Positions 46,064-58,465 of a DNA stretch of 64,000 bases are shown here, one piece after another. Both the position numbers and the translations under genes were made by a program. The stretch lies in NCBI GenBank assembly GCA_977018835.1, contig OZ361260.1:434001-498000 (forward strand), given 5' to 3'. Origin of the DNA: Minutocellus sp. GHC0000111. Lineage: Eukaryota. Positions within the stretch are counted from its first letter, which is position 1. Every line of letters begins with the position of its first letter. The notes below the pieces were generated by a model. It made no database searches. It was not told the DNA's origin and worked only from the letters and a program-made list of their open reading frames with translations.

Positions 46064-48061
46064 ATGCTATCAGCCGCCCGCACCGTCGTCCGTCGTGGTG
46101 CCATCGGCCTCGCCGGAACGGCGGCAGTGGGAACGACGGCGGCCGCGGCCTACGTGTACACCGATGACGGGTCCCGCCGACAAGTGCGATTCTGGTCCAA
46201 GGTCTTTCCGATCGTGGCCGATTACTACATTCACACGGCCCAGTCGTCGCCGTACGTCAAGTTGCAGGATTACATGCTGAACAATGCTGGCAATGATGGC
46301 ACCGAGGACAAAACAAGAACGGAAGAGGAAATCAAGCGAAACAAGGAGGAGCAGCGCAAGCGCCGAAAGAAGGCCAAGCTCGACGAACTCCACGAGAGGC
46401 ACGCACCGGATATTTTGAAAGTGATGCTCGATCTCAAGGGGCTGTACGTCAAGCTCGGGCAGGTCCTGTCTGTGACCGCATTGCCGGTGCCCGAGCCCTA
46501 ACGAGTGAAATTTCGTACATTGCAGAGCGATGTGCCTGGGTGGGAGGAATTTGAGGAGGTTGTCAAACCAACTTTGGAGAAGGAATTTGGCAGGTCATTG
46601 GAGGAGATATTTGAACATGTGGATCCCATCCCTTGTGGGGCGGCTTCTATTGGTCAGGCCCACAAGGCCAGATTGAAGGCACCAGAATCCGGTGGTAGTG
46701 ACAAAGCAAGGGATGTCATCGTCAAGGTGCAATATCCAGCGGCTTCTTGGCAGGTACCTGCGGATATTGAATGCGTGGGAGATTTCCTCAAGATTTGCGT
46801 CTACTTTGGGGTTGTGGATGAGGAATCTGCCAAGATGTCCTACGATGAATTCAGCCGACAGTTCTTGGCCGAACTGGATTATAACCAAGAAAGGGAAAAT
46901 TTACAACTGGTGCATGAATCTTCATTGGATCCATCGGCGCCGTATCAAAAGCGAGGAGTGGTCATCCCAAAGCCATACGATGAGTTGTGCACAGGCAAAG
47001 TGATTACCATGTCCTATTTGCCAGGGCCAAAGCTTGAGGAGGAGGCAAAACGTCAATTGGAATCGCTCGGCATTGATACATCTGGCGGTATCTCGCAAAT
47101 AATCAAAGATGCGGCCAAAGACGCCGCCAACAATCCCGATGAGGCTGAAAATGGAGAACTTGTACGAAGGGTGACGAGGCGAATTGATGAAGCACACCAC
47201 TCTCCATTTTCTTGGAAAATTACGGCCTCGAGGATTTTTTCTCAAGTGTTTGGCTTCGACTCGATACTATGGGCCGTGCGTGCGGCCCGGCGAGCAATGC
47301 TGTGGTCACAGGCTGGAGCAGTAGCGTGCATTCGATCCGTTCCACAAGCATTGGTTTCCCAAAAATGGGCGGAATGGGCTGATGCTCATCAAACAGCGTC
47401 GGCACAAGCCCGGCAGCTTTCCCTCACGTCAGCATGGATTGACGCATTGTTTGACGTTCACGGACACCAGGTCTTCTCTTTGGGTGTTTTCAACAGCGAC
47501 TGCCACCCAGGTAACATACTAGTTATTGAGGAGGAAGACGGAAAGCCATCGACGAGGCTAGGTCTAATTGATTATGGGTGCGTTTTCCCGGTGAAAAATT
47601 ATTTTTCCCTTATTTTCAGATTTTGTCATCTCACACAATTTCAACTCTCGATCAATTCAACCCATCACAGACAATGCAAACACCTCAAGCCAGAGGAGCA
47701 ATACAAAGTTGCTCGTCTTATCCTGAGTGTCGCAAATAATGAACCAGATGCCAATATTGCCAAAGCATTTCGAGATTTGAATATTGTCACAAAAAATGAT
47801 TCGACCGAATTTCTTGCCAAATTTGGCAGGCTAATGTTTGGTGAGTTCAAGGCCGAACATTTGAGCCATGATTGGCACAAAAAGCTGCATAGTCAAGATA
47901 AGGTTCTCTACTTTCCAAAGGAACTGAGCATGGTCTATCGAACATCGTTGCTGCTCAGGGGCCTCGCGGTCAGTTTGCAACTGAACCGTTCAATCGGCCA
48001 TGAGTGGGAAGCCCACGCACAAACGGCTGTAGATAGATTGAAAGATAAGATAGAGATGTAG
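46064..48061 (+). CDS. ABC1/ADCK (UbiB) atypical kinase; in-frame TAA at 46499-46501; intron 47578-47670
   Basis: GLYVKLGQ, AASIGQAHKA, VIVKVQYP, ELDYNQE, FNSDCHPGN, LIDYG|QCK motifs; the two ORFs are in the same frame. Confidence 0.9.
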
Positions 48062-48309
48062 ATTATACTGCGAATGTGCTTTTAATGAAGCTTGCTTGCT
48101 ACGTAGCTACTCTAGACTACTAGACTAGAGTAGAGGCAGGAGTGCTACTGCTACGTAGCTACGTGGATAGAGTAAGTGCGAGTCTGATCTCACCATGGGA
48201 CGAAGAGCACAACAACAAACGCTATTATTTTACAACTTGATGATACAACATTTACAAGACGACATTTCGGATCGACAATTCCACCTGAATTCAGCCTGGT
48301 TCGAAGGTT

Positions 48310-49401
48310 TTACGCCGGGCTGGCAGCTAGAGCTTGAGGCTTTCGGTATGGGTATCGTGTGTGAAGGAAGAGGCTTGTACTCGCCAGAATTAGGTCCAAC
48401 ATTTGCTCAACACCAAGGCCACCAGCACCTCGTGCGGTGACCATCCCACTCAAAAGCATTCCAAAGATCAGAGCGAAGCCCTTTCTCACCGATCCGGCAT
48501 GCTTAGTAACAAGCCCAACGCAGATCCCACCAAAGGATTGTGTCATGATGGGAACAAGTGTCGCCGGCGTCCACGAATGAAAGAAGCCTTGGCTTACAAT
48601 CCGTCGTCCATCGCCACTAAAGGCAAAGCTGACAAGTAGAAGGAAGATCGATGCAATGCCAAGCTCGGTGCTGAATAGATAGAAATTCTTGGGCTGATTG
48701 GCCTTGCCTGTCACCTCACCCTCCTCACGAGGGCGGCGCACTTGTCGGCCACCTCCTTGCACCGCCTTTTGCACGAGTGCTCCGGCAAGACCAGATAGAA
48801 AGCTGGCGAACAGGATTGGTAGTACCCCGTGCGTCACTCTCCTTGCCATACCACCCGATGTGAGCGACGATACTACATTTTCGAGCGTAGCCAAAATCCC
48901 AGTACCACCGCCACTGGCACCAGCAGCACCGGATATGGCACCTCCCAACCCTGGAATCAGCGATACCGGCAGGATCTTTTCTAGCACCAACGCCGCACTC
49001 AGGAGCAGGCCCAGGGCCATGATCTGCACGCCGCTTTGCCTCGCACCCAGCACCAGATAGCAACACAACGCCGCCGATAGCGTCTTTGTTTGGTTGAGGA
49101 CGTTGTAGCTCACCGGATCTAGATTCTGATACGCCAGCAGGCTGACAATGTTTTGGATGCAATATAGCGCAGCTGGTAGTCCGGCTATGGCCAACTGTTT
49201 GGCCAGCAGATGTGGCCGACCGCCATCGCCCCAATCCACCCGCTGCTCTTCTTTGGTCGTGGAACCAAGATAAGCATATACGGAAATGATCAGCTTGATG
49301 ATTTCTTGGGTGAAGACGACGGTCGATTTGTTGATGGTTGTGGGGGTGAATCGTCGCACCAGTAGCGGCTGGAGGCCAAACTGGAGCGATAGGAGCGACA
49401 T
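48310..49401 (-). CDS. Nucleotide-sugar transporter (SLC35A; UDP-Gal/CMP-sialic acid family)
   Basis: LPAALYCIQN, VLNQTKTLSAAL, LSGLAG, GGICVGLVTKHAGSVRKGF; many TM helices; true N-terminus may extend upstream. Confidence 0.85.
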   Translation of the reverse strand: MSLLSLQFGLQPLLVRRFTPTTINKSTVVFTQEIIKLIISVYAYLGSTTKEEQRVDWGDGGRPHLLAKQLAIAGLPAALYCIQNIVSLLAYQNLDPVSYNVLNQTKTLSAALCCYLVLGARQSGVQIMALGLLLSAALVLEKILPVSLIPGLGGAISGAAGASGGGTGILATLENVVSSLTSGGMARRVTHGVLPILFASFLSGLAGALVQKAVQGGGRQVRRPREEGEVTGKANQPKNFYLFSTELGIASIFLLLVSFAFSGDGRRIVSQGFFHSWTPATLVPIMTQSFGGICVGLVTKHAGSVRKGFALIFGMLLSGMVTARGAGGLGVEQMLDLILASTSLFLHTRYPYRKPQALAASPA

Positions 49402-49745
49402 GAAGAGGATGGCCTTGGGCGACAGGCCGGCGGTTGTGGGCGGATGTGATGATGAGGTGCACGAAGCAATGGACGTGCGCCAAGTGCAAGACCATCATGT
49501 ACACCCAGCCTCCGAGCAAGTGCCCGCTCGACGTTTGCTGCCAGTGCTGTTGTGATGCGTTTTGCGATGCGTGCATCTTGAGTTGATGGCGTGGCATACA
49601 TGCATCTCTGATTTGAGCTACTTTCGCCATCGTTCCATCATCGTCTTCATTGCATTCATTTTGCTTTTCGACAGTCTGTATGTCGTCGGATACAGACACA
49701 CTTCATTACCTACGTAGGTACAGTATTTCATTTCATGTCAGCAAG

Positions 49746-50519
49746 ATGGCCGCCCTTTACTCGAGTTTGCGCCTCATCAGGTCGTCGCGCCAGTTTTTCC
49801 GCCGGTCTTTAAGCTCATCTGCCGATGCCTCTGCGCCACCGGCTGCCGAAATTGCCGGCGGTGCAGTGAACCAGTTTGCCATGAACCAGTACATACTGGC
49901 GTGCACGTCCACCAAACAAGCGGCCATTATCGACTGCGGTGCCTCATCCAAGGCCGAGCTCGAGCAATTCCTAACCTGGATGGACGAACGCAAGTACAAC
50001 CTCGTGTCGGTGCTGCAGACGCATGGTCACTTGGATCACGTGGCAGGTTTGAATCTCATTCGACAGGCACACCCTGAAGTGCCGATACACATGCACGAAC
50101 GAGATCTGCCACTGTACGATGGATTTGAAACCAGAGTAGCTGAGTGGGGATTCCAGTTGGAAGACGAAGCTAAGGGCTCGCTTCCGACGGACAGTTTGCA
50201 TTTATTTGATGATGACAAGAAGAGCATAGAAGTTGGAGGTCTCAATCTCGAAATAATACCAACTCCAGGTCATTGCCCTGGTCAGGTCGGATATTACGAG
50301 CCACAGACCAAGTCATTGTTTGGTGGTGATCTGATTATGAAGGGTAGCGTCGGTCGCACAGACTTTCCAGAGAGCAGTCCATCGGACATGACGGCCTCGC
50401 TGAAATGAGTGATAAGCCTCGGCGAACGGGAGGAGGATTTTGTCATCTACTCCGGCCACGGCCCGGCCACGACGTTCAAGGAAGAATTGGCCCACAATCC
50501 TTTTCTTCAGGGGCTGTAA
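49746..50519 (+). CDS. Metallo-beta-lactamase-fold hydrolase (glyoxalase II/YcbL-like), mitochondrial-type presequence; in-frame TGA at 50406-50408
   Basis: QTHGHLDH, TPGHCPG, GDLIMKGSVGRTD; after the TGA the frame continues VISL...VIYSGHGPATTFKEELAHNPFL. Confidence 0.88.
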
Positions 50520-50586
50520 ATGTAATGTCATGTATGTAAATGATTTCACTATCTATGTTGCAGGAGCTGTCATTCATGAAACACTA

Positions 50587-51383
50587 TCAATCCTTCAACC
50601 CCGCAAGGCCCACCATTTTTTGCAGAAAAGATGCAAAGTAGTACGCCCCACCCAACAATGGAATTAATTGAAATACATATCCCAATAGCTGTCCGTCACT
50701 TGGTTGTCCCACAAACAACGAGTTGAAGAATAGGGCCGCCACTACGGCATCAAATGCCGCACCGGGTAGCACCGCCATCATTGGCTCTTGCACCTGTTTC
50801 GTGATGTCTCCCTCGGCAGCCTCCACTCGGTCCATCACCTCCTTGGTCAGCTCCAAGTCATTCCCCACCGAGACGAAGTCCATAGCGACGCCATTCATGC
50901 AATATCTCTTGCCGGTCGGTTGAGGACCATCGTCAAAGACATGTCCCAGAGTCCGCCGCATGCCTTGCAGTGCACCTCGGTACGGGGCGCAATCAGCTTG
51001 AAATCAACATCTAGCTCAACCGCATCCCCATCGATGGGCGCGTAGAATGATGGCCATCCGCTTCCGCTCTCGTATTTTGTCTTGGTAACAAAGAGAGGCG
51101 ATCCGCACCCGGCGCATCGAAAGACACCGTCCTCCTTGACATCGTTGAGAGGCGAGGTGTTGGGCGGTTCCGTCCCCTCCTCTCGCAGTACCTGGTATGC
51201 TTCGGGGGAGAGCACTTGGCGCCATTCTTCGTCTGTTTTCTCTACTTTGGCAACTGCTCGGAGAGGCGAGAGCTGGGTGCTGCTGGAACTTGGTGCCGGG
51301 CATAAAGATGATGATGGACGGACAAATGCAAGGCAGGGCTGAGCTGCTTGTAGCAGTAGCGTTATTAGCAACATGAAGTTCAT
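50587..51383 (-). CDS. msrB: Peptide-methionine (R)-S-oxide reductase MsrB, plastid-targeted; 1-nt deletion at ~50950
   Basis: [29 protein letters not shown], (H)[24 protein letters not shown] presequence; C-terminal hydrophobic segments. Confidence 0.92.
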
Positions 51384-51608
51384 TGTTGCGCTATGGTGGC
51401 CGATACGAATGCCCAAACGAATGCCAACGACCTTGCCGACTGCCAAACGCTGACGATGACGCGAGGTGAGCAGCACGCGATCGCGAGGCCAGACTGACGA
51501 GTGCTGATGACACCCCGAAAGTGGAAACCCGCGGCAGGCAGTGATGATGCGATGAACCATGATGACGCACTTGCCGCCACTTGCCACATGCATGCCTCGA
51601 GGAGCCGG

Positions 51609-51637
51609 AGCCAAAGCCAAAGCCAAAGCCAAAGCCA
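51609..51637 (+). repeat. (AGCCAA)n hexamer microsatellite in the divergent msrB/APP1-like promoter
   Basis: AGCCAA x4.8. Confidence 0.8.
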
Positions 51638-51679
51638 TCGCACTGCAAGAGTAGACCTAATCACACCATTCTCTCCTCC

Positions 51680-52735
51680 ATGAAAACAATTTCTATCTTA
51701 TCTCAGGCCCTACTGGTCGTCCCGGCCGCCTCATTCTCCTTGGGAGCTGCCCAGCACAACTGCAAAGTCGGCACATCGCACACACACGCACAACCAGCGC
51801 TGATGCGCCGCCGCCGAAACTCCCCCGCAGCCACACCAGCAGCCACTTCCACAACTGCAGCTACAACTACAACTACAGCCTCCCTAAACTACCAGCCCTT
51901 CACGCAGGTAATAAGCGACGTGGACGATACCATCAAATCCAGCGGCGGCGTCAACGTGGCCGGCGTGGCCCTCGGCGGCATCGACACGCAGTACAGCCGG
52001 GGGGACTTTTATCCCGGCGTGTTTCAGTTTTACCTGGAGCTGTCGCTCCATCCCGTGGAGCAGATCAACGAGTCGCTCGTCGCGGCCTCGTCGGCCGAGC
52101 GCAGGGACGACGTGTACATGCCCAAGATCAACCCGCCCAAGGTGTCGGTACTGACCGCGCGGGCGGAGGAGTTCAAGGCAGCCCTCGAGCTCAAGGAGGA
52201 TTCCAAGTTGGCTGCGTCGTTCCGGAAGGCTGGAGAAGACGCCGGCGTGGATGGGTGGGGACTTGGGCCCGTGCTTTACGGCAGCGTGGCCGAGTGGATC
52301 ATCCAAGACAAGAAGGGGCTGCGCAAGTTCAACAGCTTCGAGCAGCTGGTTCAGCAGGATCCCACGGGACAAATAATGCGGTACGTGTGGGTGGGCGATA
52401 CCGGTGAATTGGATCAGGAGGCGGGCGAAACCATGCTACGAGAATATCCCGAGGTGGTCAAGGCGGTGTTTTTGCACGTTGTAAGTGAAACGCCTGGGCC
52501 GGCCATACCACCTCCCAAGCTGATCAATGGTCGACCGGTCGTCTTTTTCCGTACCTACGTCGGGGCAGCCGCCAGAGCGGTCCAGCTGGGATTGATGGGG
52601 GAAGATGGATTATTGAGGGTGATGGCTGCAGCCGAGGATGCGTTGGAGGGTGCCGGTGTACCGCGAACAAGCGATAAGTGGTCGGATATTGAGCGAGATA
52701 TGGCATTGGCATCTCGAACACTAAGTTTGGAGTAA
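51680..52735 (+). CDS. HAD-fold phosphatase, APP1/DUF2183 phosphatidate-phosphatase-like, plastid-targeted
   Basis: VISDVDDTIKSSG (DxDxT), VLTAR, VWVGDTGELD; AAS-FSL presequence. Confidence 0.75.
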   Translation: MKTISILSQALLVVPAASFSLGAAQHNCKVGTSHTHAQPALMRRRRNSPAATPAATSTTAATTTTTASLNYQPFTQVISDVDDTIKSSGGVNVAGVALGGIDTQYSRGDFYPGVFQFYLELSLHPVEQINESLVAASSAERRDDVYMPKINPPKVSVLTARAEEFKAALELKEDSKLAASFRKAGEDAGVDGWGLGPVLYGSVAEWIIQDKKGLRKFNSFEQLVQQDPTGQIMRYVWVGDTGELDQEAGETMLREYPEVVKAVFLHVVSETPGPAIPPPKLINGRPVVFFRTYVGAAARAVQLGLMGEDGLLRVMAAAEDALEGAGVPRTSDKWSDIERDMALASRTLSLE

Positions 52736-52774
52736 GAAATAAATCTGCAAGTTAAGTTCTTCCATTCATATTAT

Positions 52775-55700
52775 TCAATACACGAACCGACTAAGATCAA
52801 ACTCGCCAAGAGCGCGATTGGCAACTTTGCAAAGCAAGGCATGATCACATGGCGCAGACTCCTTTTCGCCATTATCTTTTGATCCCGAAAGACAGGAAGG
52901 AACGTCTCCAAATCCATGACAAGAATCAACAGTCTTTAGGACCGCACGGAAAGCATGCCGACCGAGCCATTGAGCAGCCGGAAGAGAAAGATGACGACGG
53001 GTAATATCGCTCTCGTCGTGATATTTATCTTGCGATGCTGTGGACGCTGCTGCAGCCTTGAGCCTGCTTGATATCAACGCCTGCGCATATGAAATAACAT
53101 CCTCAATGCAATCAACAATAAATTTTGGGTTGTGCTTCACCCCACCATTCAAACCAGTGCGAATGTAACCAACCGTCTTCACAGCCCCAAGGAGCATGAC
53201 CTGATAAAAATTGAGGAGAGCATTCTCAACCGTATTCAATCTCAAGTCAAACAAAAGGGCCTGACATCTGGGTCGCACAAAACTTTTGATCCGAAATGTT
53301 AGCTTTGCGCCATGGTCACATAGCCTATCGGCAGTAAGACCATCGACGGCCAACGACCCTGCAAATCTGCTATAATCGACTCGAGCTTCGCAAGTTTTGG
53401 TATTGAAAAGCATCCCACACCAGGCAAAGAATTCGTCGCCATTTGAATAAACTTCCACTGCCTTCTTCATCGGTAAAGTTTGGCCCGATGCGTCAGAAGG
53501 TGAAATGGTATAATCAAAATTTGTCATCGTTTTTGCCTGGTTGATTCGAACACCGAGCTCGGGGATTCCCTCGTTCATCTTTCGAAGAAATTGAACACAT
53601 GTTTCTTTCCTTGTCGACACAAGAAGAAAGTCGTCCACAATCCGAACGAGTAGATTGACACCTTTTTGGTTCGGGCTTCTCTTACCGCTCTCAAACACAT
53701 TACCAAGAAGCTTCGATTCGAGATCTCCGTAGTAGTAATTGCAAAGCATTGTGGATAAAACACTTCCCTGCGGAATTCCACTGGACTGGGAGAGGAACCG
53801 CGGGCCGAAGTCGCCATTTATCGCCACTAGATTGCTAAAGATATGTTCTTTGAGCAGTCTGAGGACTTCGTCTTTCTTTACAAGCGACGTGGTTATACCA
53901 TCAACAAAGATTGACCGCGAGTAGCTACCAGCAAGCTCGTGGCTCGCCAGATCGGGAAAGCTCTGCATGTCGACTGGATCACACAAATGTGTGGATCGCT
54001 TGCGCTGGATTCTCTCTAGGGACTGAAAGGGATGTAGGACATTGTGCTGCTGGATAAGGTACTCCTCATTTGTAACCACTCGTTTCACAAGATCGTACAG
54101 GTAATCCTGGTCAATATTGTCATAGCAACGGTGGAGATCAACACTGGCAAAATATAGCGGGACAAAATTCAATAAGAGTGGAAAGACTTCATTGAGTCCG
54201 AACACGCCACATCCAAAAGAGGAAGGCGAGTTCCCATGCTCATGCTTGAGAACCGCAAAGGTTCTCCGGAGGGTTGCGTTGGTAGAAATGCGACGATCTT
54301 CAGCGTTTGGACGGCATAGCGATGGCCGGGCATGTCCTGCCGAGTCATCACCAAAGTCAACACGTTGTGCATGTGATAGTAGATTCAAGGCTCTCAAACC
54401 GGTTGATTTTGGTAGAAGCCTCAGCTTGGAGCAGCCCATGTCCTGATCAGCGTTGCGACGTGCCGCCTCAGTGATTTCAATTTCAGTATACTGACGCCCT
54501 TTGAGACTGGCCATTGCAAGGGTCCTGAATTGCGTCCACACTGGCTTTCGATAGAATACGACGCGATTGGCCGTGAATTCGGTTTCCGTCGCATAAAAGC
54601 AGGACCGAATCAGAGGGATAATGTAAGAGCAGTAGAGCCAGTGCATTGCATTCTGTAGAAGTATTGTTCCGGCCTCGTGGTCTGATCGTGATCGAGTTTT
54701 CTGCGTCGTTCTATCCCCAAAGAGCCATTTTATATCTGTCACTTTGATGCCCTTCAATAATTCCCCTTCTGGCATTTGCTCTCTCCGACGCAACTTGATA
54801 AATCTCGTGGCTGTGGAGCATATCATATCGAAATTGGCCCGCGACCCCCAATAGGAAGCCGGAAACGCGCTCCAAAGACACGAGCATATAAACGATGCTA
54901 CCTGATCACCGGTTAGGAAAGAAGCAGACAGGTCTGCAAGTGATGGTGTATCATCGGAACCTTTGCATTGCTTGTAGTCTGATGGAAGCGGGCAATGGCG
55001 ATCCAGCAAGCGAGCATAATCACACTGTTGATCGACGAATGTCTTTGCAAATAACAGTGCCAGATTCCCTGAGCCTCTTCCATCGCTTCTGTCTCTTCTT
55101 AGATCGCTTCTTTTTGCCGTCGCCGGGAGTAATGGCGCTGCTCGGAACACGTAAGCGGACCATGGAATCGAGCAGCCTCTCCGCGACACCCCCAAAGCTC
55201 TTGCCGTCATCGGAAGCATTGAGAATATGAGATGGCGGCAGCCCAGGATGTTTTACGAAGGATTCCGAGTAAAATATGAGATGCCGAGGAATAGGTGCCC
55301 TGGAATCGCATATTTCGGTATGATTGGCCTTTCCCATTTCGGATTTGTCACCTTCGTCTTTGCCTGTACTCTCTGCTGCCTTGGCATCTGCACTTCCCTC
55401 ATCATCGTTGGAGCACGGTGCTGACTTCTTCAGTGTCGCCTTGAGATATGGATTTCGGGGCATTTTCATCTGCAAGCCCTCGCGCCTATTGTCAAATACT
55501 GTACATTTGACTGCCTCATCACATTTCACTCGTTTCGTTTCTGGAGACGAACAAGCCATGTCACTTTCTTCCATCGCACCGCCCTCTCCCCCCATGTCAT
55601 CATCAGTTTCCCCTCTTTCCTTCTCCTGCACGGGCTTGTAAAAAGTCAATGGTGGTCCACAAAGTTGAAAATAGTTACCCCTTTTCATTGTCCCACCCGC

Positions 55701-56459
55701 TCTTCCAGCCGGAATCAGCACAATGCAAGTCGTTAGCATTTCTTTGAGAATGGAATCACCAACGAGTTTGTGAACCGATCTCATAAAGGGCGACGTTCGG
55801 GCATACGTAGCCGTCGAGTTGGGATGGATGCAGTAGACACCCGTCGCCATGTTGGGCACAGCTCCTCCATCGTGTCCCTCTTTTGCTGGAACATATCCCG
55901 TGGATAGTATGTTTCGACCATACGAGCCGTCATCGACTGTACTTTGCGAGTTTGCTGCCTTACTGCGAACAAGGTAGCGGATGGATTCATCGACGACCGC
56001 CTCGAGCGACTCATTGCATCTATTGTCTGACATGGCTGGATACTTAGACTTTGAGTTGATACTTGCTTCGGTTCGTCCATAATCTAGCGGGGAGACGACG
56101 ATTCTCGCCATGATGTTGTCATCGTCTTCTGTCGACGTTACGCCGCCATCGCCGCCATGAGAACATGGAGAAGGGGCGGCGGTGTCGATTCTCCCGTCAC
56201 GAGAATTATCAGTTGCCTCACGACCAGCACGAGATGTGCCTCTGATGCGCTGATACGCAGCAATCAGACCCGGTGGCAGACAATTCCGTCGAATACCTCT
56301 ACTAATCAGATATCCCGGCAAATACTGAGCGCTGGCACCTGGGCCAAGGACTGAACGGATGGTGCTTGGGATGTCGATGGCCCTGGTGGAGCAAGCGGCG
56401 AGACTATTATCATCAGTCGGTGTGATGAGTTGCGAGGAAGATCTCCGTCGCTTCGGCAT
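52775..56459 (-). CDS. TERT: Telomerase reverse transcriptase, intronless, split by one +1 frameshift at ~55031
   Basis: TEN/GQ (NILSTGY, VGD..L..ML, YFQLCG); CP (YARLLDRHCP); QFP (QVASFI); T (FYATETE...VFYRKPVW); 1/2 (LRLLPK, LRAL); A (FASVDLHRCYD); B' (GIPQGSVLS); C (LVRIVDDFL); D; E (FAWCG). Confidence 0.95.
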
Positions 56460-56938
56460 GCTCTCAATTGCGCATGTATACCACCGTGGTTGAAGTCAGT
56501 ATCGAAGCAAAGCTACAGCAATTACAGATTACAGACTTTACACGTAAGTCGAGCGGTATCTGCCATCTACCCGAGCCCAGTCAAGGTCTGCAGGAAAATG
56601 CCGATCCCCCGCTATTTTATATTCTTCCATACTCCGAATCCGTAATAGAAATTCTACATAAATGGGAGACCCCTACTCAAAATTTATCACGCAGTTATCA
56701 AGAATGACCGGATCTGGACGCAATGTCCAGGTGGCCCATTGCCCCTTTTTTGAAAAACGGGTGCTTCCCGAAATACAGTATTTTGGCATTTATTTGTCAA
56801 AGCGATCTCTATCAATTGAACCACAAATCTAATGCCTGCATATTAGATACTGTATCTAAAGACGTACGATGGATCATTATCACTACCCTGGTACGCTCTA
56901 CCTTATACACATGACAGTCCCATGTAGATCTCTCTAGC

Positions 56939-58027
56939 TCAAGTGCTGCAATACCAAAACTGGTCTCGAGCCCGATCCAGATATTCATCAAAGCTCGGAG
57001 TTGGCTCTGTATCCCATCCAACAAAACTCAAGAGCCTCTCCAACACATAAGAGGTAGCACGATCCGCATTCTCGATTTTGTCAGGAAGAACTTCGCCTAT
57101 GAATCCATCAATGAAAGCGTACATCCCTATCAGGAAGAGAAAAAATACAGCCCCCAAGATCGCCGACAACAATCCCTCTCGTCGTACCTGAATGAGTTCA
57201 TCTCGAAGCGCAAATCGATTCCGATAGGCAACGCCTCCCAGCGAAGCGATCCATACTGCAGAATGTCCCAGCCGTGCAGCCACTCCATAGGTTTCCGGTT
57301 GTTCCGCAACGACTGCAACGTCCATCATGACCATGAGCATGACAATCATGCTCAAATGTCGAACGAACATCTCCTTGATGTCATTCCATAGCACCCCAGC
57401 CATCGCCGCAACAAACCCGATGAATATGCCAACAGCCAGAGCTTGAAATTTCATCGACGACTCTTCCCACTTGACCTTCAGGGCTGGACCGAACTGCTCC
57501 CACCAAAGGTCCATCTTGTCATACAGGTGAATCAACACTTTATCCATGGAGCATACACAGGCAAAGTACAGCGCGCAGAATATTAGGGTCACCGTCCATG
57601 TTCCCAGGGTGGCCACCGCGCGCTTCTTCCACGTCTTCCTCCGATCCTCCGCCATGGCCCGAATCAGGGCCTCCTTGGTTTCTCCCGTGTAGGGTTCCTG
57701 GCATTGGTTGCACTTGGCCCACTGACGCAGTATGGGATCGAGGAGGCTGTCCCCGCTCCGTGTGCGGGCGGCTTCGATCAGGCACTCGACGTGGGCCAAT
57801 CCGGCAGAACCCGAGCAGCCGCAGTCGCGACGGATGGGATTGGCCGTGGTCCCAGCCTCCCAGCATATGTAGCACTGGTGCTCTTCTTCTCTGCTTTGCT
57901 CGTCATCTTCATCATCTTGTGAAGCGGCGGGTGTGACTGTTGTTTCAGCCACGATGTCAAGCGGCCGAGCCGCTGCCGCCTCGGGGTTTTTGCTCTGTTG
58001 TGAGATCGCCTCGACATGCATTATCAT
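56939..58027 (-). CDS. RING-CH (MARCH-type) membrane E3 ubiquitin ligase
   Basis: CYICWE...DCGCSGSAGLAHVECL...W.KCNQC followed by about 5 TM segments. Confidence 0.85.
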   Translation of the reverse strand: MIMHVEAISQQSKNPEAAAARPLDIVAETTVTPAASQDDEDDEQSREEEHQCYICWEAGTTANPIRRDCGCSGSAGLAHVECLIEAARTRSGDSLLDPILRQWAKCNQCQEPYTGETKEALIRAMAEDRRKTWKKRAVATLGTWTVTLIFCALYFACVCSMDKVLIHLYDKMDLWWEQFGPALKVKWEESSMKFQALAVGIFIGFVAAMAGVLWNDIKEMFVRHLSMIVMLMVMMDVAVVAEQPETYGVAARLGHSAVWIASLGGVAYRNRFALRDELIQVRREGLLSAILGAVFFLFLIGMYAFIDGFIGEVLPDKIENADRATSYVLERLLSFVGWDTEPTPSFDEYLDRARDQFWYCST

Positions 58028-58465
58028 AAAGGCAACTCAAATGATGAGATTATTACAGAACTGCAGCCGCGATGATCTGGAGCTCAACACACACAGTCGG
58101 TTCCAACTCCCCTCCTTTGGCCTTCTGACTTGATTGCGCGTGGATGTCGTAATGATGTCATCATGACATCAACTTAGCTCGTACGGCACGTACGTCACAT
58201 GTTGCTGTTTGTTCATTTTTTGTCTCGCCAGGCGATGGCGTGGCCAAGACACCGTTTATCTCCACGCCAGGCAATGCTCTTGATACGGCCGCGTGCGTTT
58301 ATTGAGAGTTGACGCTTTGCGCATTGTTTATCATCTTTGGGATTTGCGCAAATGTTGCGCGAGATGACGACCTTGATCTTGGCGAGGCGAAGATAGCCGT
58401 TGCAGAGTTTGCGTTCCGAGGGGTCAAAAGGCAAAACCAGCACGGTAGGCGCCATTGTTGCGAAC

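Noticed and set aside
48095..48170. TACGTAGCTA/CTAG-rich palindromic runs (also ~29770-29803, ~38846-38875, ~37664-37690)
   Set aside because: Low-complexity intergenic motifs recurring across the window with no defined boundaries; no element or RNA gene supportable
50406..50408. TGA as selenocysteine in the MBL hydrolase
   Set aside because: The position corresponds to a basic residue (SLKR-like), not a redox Cys. Only ~67 bp separate this gene from msrB and I see no SECIS. CGA>TGA is simpler.
52775..55219. RT domain as a retroelement, retron or DGR
   Set aside because: Telomerase-specific T, CP, QFP and GQ motifs identify it as host TERT
58152..58198. TGATGTCA-TCA-TGACATCA palindrome and TGACGT core in a divergent promoter
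   Set aside because: Plausible bZIP site, but too short to distinguish from chance without conservation data
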